A stretch of DNA of 64,000 nucleotides. Source: Corallochytrium limacisporum Hawaii (Eukaryota > Protista > Pluriformea). The position numbers and the translations under genes are program-made. Below the pieces are notes generated by a model that did not search any database, was not told the origin of the DNA, and saw only the letters and a program-made list of their open reading frames with translations. Below are positions 57,001 to 64,000 of the stretch, in pieces. How positions within the stretch are numbered: position 1 is the first letter of the stretch; every line of letters begins with the position of its first letter. The stretch covers positions 63,123 to 127,122 of the forward strand of contig PDIP01000040.1 of the NCBI GenBank assembly GCA_002811645.1, in the 5' to 3' direction.

Positions 57001-57371
57001 CTATGCTACCGTACCTACCGCCTCTGCTCACCAATGCACAGTCGTCCGTCAACGATGGCTTTCATCATACACCGGCGACATCCAGCAGCGCCCCGAACGA
57101 AAGCACAGCAAGTGGCGTCGCTGAAAATGGTTATGACAACGGCACGCTGACATCTCTGCGGAATCGTCGCACACCACGCCTCAACTCAGGCCTTGCGGTC
57201 ATTCGGGAAAGCCGCACAGACGCTAGCGCCGTCTCCGTAGGCTCAGAACTCCACCACAACCTCCGCGAGAGCATGACATATGACGGTACGCAGGGTCGGG
57301 ACTCTGCATCCGTGAGCCGTGGTCGCCGTACTACCGCCCGCAACGCACTGGAGGCTATACGAAGGCTATGA
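54057..57371 (+). CDS. Large uncharacterised membrane protein (signal peptide, C-terminal TM helices)
   Basis: About 1100-aa ORF; hydrophobic N-terminus RLLVLLLALTTSG, acidic luminal region, TM segment FFSTMAVVAASAFLIYLFVG, disordered tail. Confidence 0.75.
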   Translation: MSVLRIGGSPLGWLSRLLVLLLALTTSGTHAYKAVFAWLGMGDDNTATIENRLTTGSGRIHGERSAMCFQLGRPHYLMFIRRGSPERASLLSAVDIHSYREGRLESLWNSVGSMSYFANEDVLLAEPGSTFSKHSDDVGDDNNQDREPEGYPVVLRSLLSASTTNLLLDRYIDSLEDNRDVADSNCDPTVDPECDPLETEVPVAGRDFRGKAGNVSESNDEDQYQGESILLWLYDVVAGDSEDVATEDVVDSMLYAAAGGSSTAGRPDGSKHGKRPAVEHIDTEPTWMQVAQKYWLPDDRLSDRGLMDIIQQFESLDDNYLLGGMEEILQDGKPLSNADIEHKTLTNSEGALIAIFPESDNLQAVPSKMATVKQRTLKNSAYAANSGGTNQHTHEDHHDDKSMDAEDPNLGDFGSASALLHPSFYYEESRSGNSAAKFQNKLIYYLYDVRSSKMPGGNSEYEKETNVKLRKTIKDTEPLHVYPLPQLFPTIAAAFDSLLPETVRMNLEASIAVARYSMIVPDLARRIQASHRLSNLGMHSPSEIRFRQRAALVHEVLLGARVEVQGYAAVESSVLIGHQDILTFDLYQTLAGKLPLGHLAKYGPLRMSLQMRCTGDVKAMINLVVQVFQHGRNQLSTAERSEFKSLISSLVRFGLVDLQLDLDSGTRQVMEDYAKEAQETLQVFGVCRKARRAEPNRELSMDTQTPCRQDLDVFLWEDKKGGKSNSGHRWKNANEANENDLMKVTTVMRTIDATPAFISRLMDAYIALLTVAERSLAIATDLDLAQYKQKRLIGEVVAVQALDLRGNVVPFHATQCFKGPLPAAPTLLFISRLTFFSTMAVVAASAFLIYLFVGHTLYISRLALPHRRQDDGLLHPRRRGEEEYDGVPDDARWLRTTRLNLTLHFFYFWPEFIFGAHPNLPSIFGHVDEMGREDINVNEATGPEMSGTSANGDATGGQGDTQSNVEDPLDHDDDDDSSSTDTMLPYLPPLLTNAQSSVNDGFHHTPATSSSAPNESTASGVAENGYDNGTLTSLRNRRTPRLNSGLAVIRESRTDASAVSVGSELHHNLRESMTYDGTQGRDSASVSRGRRTTARNALEAIRRL

Positions 57372-57880
57372 GAATGCTTGTATAGCACAACGATAATTTT
57401 GGCTTGAAAATTAGAATTGTATCTTTAATCTACCATCATAGCCGACACCGAAGTTTACCCTTCGTCTGGCCTCCCATTCTCCCGTCTTCCTCTCCCCCCC
57501 CCCCATGCCCTCAGAGGGGCCGGGGGGAGGGGGGGGCCTGCGGCGCGCGAAATGAGGAGGGGCCACACGCACTCTTGCGAACAATGCGAACTGTACGAAA
57601 TGCAGGCGGCGTCCCGTGCTTGCTACCATCCCCTTGTCTTCTTTGGCCTCCGAAATGAATGTATCTTTGAGTTCCTTGAAATGATGAAGTCAAGTCCAAC
57701 TAAATTGTATAAAAAGTTCGATTTTCACAGTGTACTCACGGTGATCGATATGAATACAATAACAAACATAGGAAACACGCGTAACGCAAAGCGTCGCCAT
57801 ACAGGAAACCATGGTGTAAACCAAAGCTTTCGTGGAATATTCATTGTAGTTTGTTTTAGAGATATTTCATTCAAATAAAA

Positions 57881-60004
57881 ATGACAGCTGAAGCGCAGTA
57901 TGAACGCGCGCGCATGGACTTGGGGGATGTGATTCAGCAATCCGGTGGCAGCCCCCGAGCATGGGTTTTGCCAGTTCAACACGAGTATGCAAAGGGCACG
58001 GGGGACAACCTGGGAAATCTGAAACCTCGGGAAGCTTACGTGGTCCTGAAAGCACACCATCGCCAAATCATGGAGGTTGGTAATGCTCAATTTGGAAAAC
58101 CGACGCGGCTTGCAAGTCCCGTCATTGGTTCTCAGAACATATTTATCACCCGATCCGACTATCCTTTCGACTTATATGAACTTGAGGACGGATATCAATG
58201 GCGACGAGCCTCCAGTGAAGTAAAAACCATTGGAAACGTTGAAGTCAAAACACAGCAGGACGGAACACACGATAGCCAGCTCGGTTGGATCAGTCGACGA
58301 ATAATGACTCTCCGAACACCTCTTTTCCTCAATGATCACATTCACATTGTCATTTACGCCCGTGATTTCCGCCAACGCTACCAAAAGATTACCGATTTGG
58401 TCCCTTGTGCTAAACCTGAGGGCTACACTACCATAAAGAATAAGGACCCTGACCATACCGGAGTCGGACGAGGTCGCGCACCATACCGCACAAAAGCCAT
58501 CAAAGCACTGCAAGACCAGTTGTTGGCGGCAGAAAAGTCAAAGAAAAAGGAACATAAGATGATGGGTGGTCACTCACAACAGCATATTATCCAGAGTGTG
58601 GCCCAACCCGCGATGTCGCATGGTCCGCATGGGATGGCCGGCGCAGAGTCGAGTAGCCATGCCAAGAAGATGAGCATTAAACAGGCCGAAAAGTTGCAGC
58701 GGGAAGCTGACCGCGAGCGGAAGAGACAGGAGCGGTACGCACAGGAGATGGCCGAAAAGGTAGTCCTCAAGCCCCGGCCGCCGCCTGAGAACGCCAAGCA
58801 CCGCGCACCACCTCCGACGGCAATCCACGGTCGTATGCCGGTGTCTCTGCTGGCCCTGACGAAGACTCTGAATCGCCAGGAGGAGCGCATGGCAGAATTG
58901 GGCATCCCACGCCTACTTGATGCCGAAGATTCACAGAAGACAGCCACGTCGTCGCAGCAACCGGGAGCGAAAAAGGACTTGGTTACTGAATTGAAACAAG
59001 AGCTAGAAATGATGGCACCGACGGTGCCCGAAAAGCCCCGCACGGCCATGAACCGATTTCGCAAGATTCAGTACAGGGCTCTGGCACGCAAGTTTCCGCA
59101 CCTGGGGGTCACAGAGGTCAGCGGGGAGATCAGCCGCCTGTGGCGTGAACTGCCTGACGACGAGCGCCGAAAGTATTACCGTCAATACGAGGCAGACCGC
59201 ATGCGTTACGAGCAGGAGATTCGGCGCTACGAATTGGAGCTAAAACTCTACAACGAGAAGCGTGACCAGGTTATTGAGACTGCTAAGCGGGAGGCGCGCT
59301 TGCACCAGCTCAGGTCGCTGGAGTCGAGCATCGAACCGTTGACCAAGAAGGACCGTCTGCCTGGCGACTACGCTCTGACTCTGTCGGAGGCCATCAAGGA
59401 AGAGGTCGACGAGGCTGATGTAGGAGACGACGAGCGTGAGTGGACCGTGAAGCATATTGCCACTGCCAGATATCGCAAGTATCATGACCTTATGTTCGAT
59501 CTGCTCTACGGTGAAGTGAATGGGGAGGTCGATGATGATGTCGAGGACGATGATGAGAACGAAGAAGACGAAGACGTCAAGCCGGCGGAAAAGCGCGCTA
59601 GGGTGGTCAAGTCTGCCCGCATCAACGCCCATGACGAAAGCGCACCCTACGACTACCAGCATCTGCCTCGGAAACTCGAAGAAGACCGGACCACGCTCCT
59701 TGAGCGCATCCAGCACCGTACCACTGGCCTACAGCGCGAGATTGAGGCGGCCCGTGGCACGGATAAACGCTACACCCAGGACCATGCTAAGGTCAATCAT
59801 GACCTAGACATGAACTTGAGCCGCATTAAGACCGCAGACAGTGTGGAAGAGCTGGATGCCATTAGCCGTGACCTGGAGCTGAAGCCTGGTAATCCTTACT
59901 CACGTGGATTCCACGTCGTCCCCAAGCCCAGCATGACCCAGGACCAGGTCTACGACCTCGACAGTGGTGAAGATCACAAGTCCACTCTGATGATCTTAAC
60001 ATAA
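57881..60004 (+). CDS. SMARCE1/BAF57-like HMG-box protein with N-terminal CG-1-like domain
   Basis: HMG box PEKPRTAMNRF..EISRLWRELPDDERRKYYRQYEADR; WTVKHIATARYRKYHDLM resembles the SMARCE1 NHRLI motif (SMKHTATARFQRNHRLI), followed by a coiled coil. Confidence 0.8.
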   Translation: MTAEAQYERARMDLGDVIQQSGGSPRAWVLPVQHEYAKGTGDNLGNLKPREAYVVLKAHHRQIMEVGNAQFGKPTRLASPVIGSQNIFITRSDYPFDLYELEDGYQWRRASSEVKTIGNVEVKTQQDGTHDSQLGWISRRIMTLRTPLFLNDHIHIVIYARDFRQRYQKITDLVPCAKPEGYTTIKNKDPDHTGVGRGRAPYRTKAIKALQDQLLAAEKSKKKEHKMMGGHSQQHIIQSVAQPAMSHGPHGMAGAESSSHAKKMSIKQAEKLQREADRERKRQERYAQEMAEKVVLKPRPPPENAKHRAPPPTAIHGRMPVSLLALTKTLNRQEERMAELGIPRLLDAEDSQKTATSSQQPGAKKDLVTELKQELEMMAPTVPEKPRTAMNRFRKIQYRALARKFPHLGVTEVSGEISRLWRELPDDERRKYYRQYEADRMRYEQEIRRYELELKLYNEKRDQVIETAKREARLHQLRSLESSIEPLTKKDRLPGDYALTLSEAIKEEVDEADVGDDEREWTVKHIATARYRKYHDLMFDLLYGEVNGEVDDDVEDDDENEEDEDVKPAEKRARVVKSARINAHDESAPYDYQHLPRKLEEDRTTLLERIQHRTTGLQREIEAARGTDKRYTQDHAKVNHDLDMNLSRIKTADSVEELDAISRDLELKPGNPYSRGFHVVPKPSMTQDQVYDLDSGEDHKSTLMILT

Positions 60005-60337
60005 TTCGGATAGTAATCAAAGTATTGAATGATTTTGATCGGTGGATTATTGGTATGTCGGTGAGCGTGTATTCAAAGGGATAAATGCAGTGATTCTTGC
60101 TTTTCTTTTTAAGAGATTTTCGATTTTTAAATTGGCTTGGATTCGTCTGAAGGCATGGCATCCCTAACCGGTATCTGTCTCTTCCGTTCTGGGTGCATGT
60201 GCGGAGCATGGAATGTTGAAGGAAAGAAGAAGTGGACAAATTTGAATCATGGTATGAAAGAGGGGACAGTGCGAAGGTAGATGAAAGTAAAGAACAGGTA
60301 CGCAAGGGCTTCAAACAATGCTAGGAGGCAAGTTTGG

Positions 60338-62086
60338 CTAAGCCTTTGGCCTCTTGGCATCCTTACCATCGCCGTTGGCAGCTCCGGCCGGAGGCGGGCG
60401 CTTCAGTCCGTTCGGCTTAATCTCTTCGGCACCTGCGACAAGTTCATCAAAGTTGGGAATTGTCTCATCGTCTCCCCTGTATGCCTCACCCTTTTCGGCA
60501 AAGTACCGCACGGCCCGCACACCTGGGTTCTTGGCCAAGTTCTTTCGCAGGATGTTCAGATCCACCTGTCCCTCAATGGTGCTAATATGCCGCTCGACTA
60601 CATAGCACACAAATTCGTCATACAGCAGACGCATGAGATGGAAGCTACCGAACGATGCCGCTGACCGCAGGGTCAGGTCCCGAATCACGAGTGAACAGTA
60701 GAAAGACCATTTCATGAGGAACTGTTTGGCCTCAACCTTCAGATCTGCGTTCTGTCCATACGGTACCAGCGACTTGTAGATCACACTCTGTAGCCAGAAC
60801 GCCCAACTGGTCAGCGTATTCTGCCGCTCGAGCTGCTGCTTCAGGCTCTGCTCAAAGTCCGATACCTGCTGATCTGTGCAACCGGTTACCCAGTGGGCCT
60901 GTTCCTGCAGGCTTGTGAAATCCACGCGGTTGAGGTCACTGAGCATCTGGCTGACCTGCTCCTCGTTCTGCAGCACAGCCTTAGCTGCCTGAGCAAGGTG
61001 GTTCAGCGATGTCAAGCGCCTCAGGGTCTGGCTGAACTGCACCACTGCTTTGACCTTAATGTCCAGGAAATTCTGGGGCATGTTGCTGAGGGCATTGCGC
61101 AGCCATGACTCCAGGTTCTTGGCAAAATGACGAATGGCCTGGGTCAGAGCCACGGGTAGGGGCTTCAGCACGTCTGGAATCAGCATGTTCACCACCGCGT
61201 CATAAAAGATGAGATCAAAGTCATGCACGGCATGTTGGAAGGACGGTTGCTCAATGCAGCGAACAATCTTCTGAGGAACATTACGCCAGTAGGTGTTCCA
61301 AAGTCCTTCGACATCGCCGAAATTCGTGCGTGCCATGGTCTCTGCAATCCGACGGCTGTGATCCTTGTATACCTCTGCAAACTCGTCAATGTCTTCCTGG
61401 GTGGTTCCCGGTGGCCGCTTGAAGTTGGCAGGGAGGTATAAATCGGGCAGGCGGATGTCTGCCTGGATCTGGTAGTTCTGCTCGACTTCGTCGTCTTCTT
61501 CACCGTAGCCGGACTCTGAACGGTTCATGCCACCACCTGAGGGCTGATTGGCAGCCATCTGCTGGCTCAGGTGGCTCGTTGGTCGTACCCGAATTCCGTA
61601 GTAGTGGTATTTTGAGTTGCCCCTTGTTCCCAGACGCCGTGTCTTCAGGTTGGGGAACACACTGCGGATCAGCTTCCCGAATGAAGCGGCATTGACAGCA
61701 TCCAGGTTGTGCATGGTGCAGTGCTCGAGATAATGTGCATACAGAGTGCTACGCGGCAGACTCACGCCCTCTGCTGTCTCATAATTCTCTAGGAGCCATC
61801 CGACGGTAGCATTGTTGTTCGGTCCTTTGTTTGCGCCGGGAGTGCCTGGTCCGGAGTCACCACCAGCGTCTGCCGGGTGTGGAGGACCTGGATGACCGCG
61901 TGGAGGACCTGGTGGAGCCATACCAGGCCCCGCTCCGTAGCCCGGGGGTGCACCGCCACCGTACTGCTGCTGCTGCTGTCGCTGCTGCGCAGCGTAGGCG
62001 GCCGCGATGTCTGCTTGGGTCATGCCGTAGCCCTGTCCAAAATGACCGGGGTCATGAAAACCTCCGCCAAATTGTTCCTGATCCAT
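60338..62086 (-). CDS. RFX: RFX transcription factor, RFX1/2/3 type (DBD + dimerisation domain)
   Basis: WLLENYETAEGVSLPRSTLY..NAASFGKLIRSVFPNLKTRRLGTRGNSKYHYYGIR DBD; LRRLTSLNHLAQAA and IRDLTLRSAASFGSFHLMRLLYDE; first ATG 62086. Confidence 0.96.
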   Translation of the reverse strand: MDQEQFGGGFHDPGHFGQGYGMTQADIAAAYAAQQRQQQQQYGGGAPPGYGAGPGMAPPGPPRGHPGPPHPADAGGDSGPGTPGANKGPNNNATVGWLLENYETAEGVSLPRSTLYAHYLEHCTMHNLDAVNAASFGKLIRSVFPNLKTRRLGTRGNSKYHYYGIRVRPTSHLSQQMAANQPSGGGMNRSESGYGEEDDEVEQNYQIQADIRLPDLYLPANFKRPPGTTQEDIDEFAEVYKDHSRRIAETMARTNFGDVEGLWNTYWRNVPQKIVRCIEQPSFQHAVHDFDLIFYDAVVNMLIPDVLKPLPVALTQAIRHFAKNLESWLRNALSNMPQNFLDIKVKAVVQFSQTLRRLTSLNHLAQAAKAVLQNEEQVSQMLSDLNRVDFTSLQEQAHWVTGCTDQQVSDFEQSLKQQLERQNTLTSWAFWLQSVIYKSLVPYGQNADLKVEAKQFLMKWSFYCSLVIRDLTLRSAASFGSFHLMRLLYDEFVCYVVERHISTIEGQVDLNILRKNLAKNPGVRAVRYFAEKGEAYRGDDETIPNFDELVAGAEEIKPNGLKRPPPAGAANGDGKDAKRPKA

Positions 62087-64000
62087 GGTTAAACTTCGAT
62101 TACGAACAGTGTCTTGTTCTTCAAGTTGATGTCCTAGTGGGTATATCAATTAAAACTAACTGAACTACCGAAATTCTCGTTGCTTTCGAATTGTTGCCGA
62201 GCTCAGGCTAGGTTCATTGTTGCTGTTCCGGTTCTGTCAACAAAACTAAATCTAGTCTGTACTTGAACCCGAGGAAATTGCAATAAGCTGGCCGCTACCC
62301 TGTCTGAGTGTTTTACCCCAGCCTGTACCTAACCATTCAAATAATAGTGTCACGTTTATTCATATACCTGCTGCTATCCAAACTGATCAAATACCCTGGC
62401 ACTTGACGCACGCCTTGATCCTTGTTTTCGTCTTGTTCAAAGTACAGAACAAACCCATGGAAAATTCAAGAGAAACTTTGCCTTGCTCTCAGTTTGTTGC
62501 GCCTGGTCCCAGAGACCAGAACACACAAGACAATCTTGACCTTGTGTGCAACCAACGGAAAAAAGGAACACCCCTGCTGTTTAATGATGAGAACCGTTCC
62601 TTTGGAGAAGAAGAGCGAGAGAGAGTGAGGAAGGAGCGGGAGGGGGGGGGTACAGAGTGAGGCGGGGGGCGCGTTCGGAGAATGGAACACACAAGCAAAA
62701 AAATGGAACTGGAGAGAAAAAAAAGGAAACGAGGCCAAGAAAATACAAAAGAAAATAGAAAAACGGAGAAAATTGGGAAAGCCGAGGCCCCCCCGGGGGG
62801 GGGGGGCTCTAGAGCTGAGGAAAGGAAGGGGGCCGCAAGAGAAGAGTGAAGGAGGGTTGGGGAGCGGGGTGTTCGTGCTGCGGAAGTGGGCGAAGCAAAC
62901 TGTCAGGCTCCGAGTGTAAGTGTGTGGGTGCGCCGGCACCAACTCGGTGTGCTGGGCCTTCACACACTGACAAAGAGAAAGTAGAAAAATAAAGAATGGG
63001 GAAGCTGGTGCTGTGCGTTTGATGGTAGCCGATACTGGTCCGCTCTGGCATTTTGTATTCTCGTGGCCAAAAGGAAAATAAAAAAAAAACATGGGGCTCG
63101 CTGGTTGGTGGTCCGGCCTTTGGGGCCGTGGCAGCGCGGCGGCTTGATTTTGCCGTCGGTTCAATACGCGATCCTTACCGCCCCGATGTGCTGCTGGCCA
63201 CCACTACCCCCTCCTCTCCTCTCCTCCCCGTTCCCTTCCTTGCCCTTCCCAATATCTCTATTTCCCCCCTTTTGATTCTTCCAAAAGCCCAACCGTGCAC
63301 TCTGCTCCTTTCCTCAGACTCCTCCCCTCCCCCCCCTCCCCCAAAGCGTTCGGTCTGCGGAACCGTGGCGTACTGAAGTGACCGAGTGCTGAAATAAAAC
63401 CACGCTCGTCAGCCAACTTTTGGTATTTGGTCTTTGGTGCTTTTGGTATGTGTGCTCTCTGTGTTTTTGATTTTCCGTGGCTATTGCGTTTTGCTGTGCA
63501 AGCCCGGCACCGGGGAGAGGCCAGCTCCTGCATCGACGCGAACGAGTCCAAAAAGCAAAGGAAAACAAAAAACTAAAGAAGAAAGAAGGCAAAACAAAAA
63601 GCCGAGCAGAGAAACGCCAGACTCAGGGACCGCATACCGAAACTTAGGGATTTCTGGAAGGAAGGTGGAACCGAAGCCGAGAGATTGGGACCAGAACCGC
63701 TCGAGAAAAGCGCGGGAGACGGCTGGGCCAGCATCGTAGGGTCCGGCAGCCGTACCGAAAGTACGGACGGTCCAACTCGTAGAGATTTTGTCCTGCCATG
63801 TACACGGGCAAGTGCCAGCGGGAGCCAGGGGGGAGGGAGGCGGTCGACTCCCAAGCCAGCCACTGCTGATCGAATATCACGACGCACCATACGCCCACTT
63901 TTTGGCCCCACTAAAAACACACACCACACACACCCCGGCCCAAAGAAAAATACAACCCCATCATCACCCCCACACCTACTCCACTTTTGCTTGCCCCCCC

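Overview
Gene-dense eukaryotic (opisthokont, most likely unicellular holozoan) genomic window. About 24 protein-coding genes are present, and every confidently identified CDS is a single uninterrupted ORF. Such intron-free coding regions together with RFX, NEK10 and SMARCE1-like genes fit a Corallochytrium-like organism (inference, not verified). Recognisable genes: tafazzin, JMJD4, ZNF277, a bacterial-type GST, NEK10, TMEM41B, a TGL3/4-like patatin lipase, TAF4, two GT61-like glycosyltransferases (one frameshifted), an RCC1/SERGEF-like protein, DNAJC28, TOP2, histone H3, ERCC8/CSA, IVD, MED20, a SMARCE1/BAF57-like HMG protein and an RFX1/2/3-type factor. No tRNA, rRNA, CRISPR array or transposase was found. 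Most notable observations: (1) a SMARCE1/BAF57-like BAF subunit fused to an N-terminal CG-1 (CAMTA-type)-like DNA-binding domain; (2) an orphan final exon of the axonemal Ca2+ sensor calaxin whose homology ends at the stop codon of a convergent, probably horizontally acquired GST; (3) candidate introns confined to 5' UTRs just upstream of start codons; (4) recurrent CnGn palindromes and C/G tracts marking promoter-side intergenic regions only; (5) an X-box-like RFX site beside the NEK10 start codon. All family assignments come from motif recognition by eye, not database searches.
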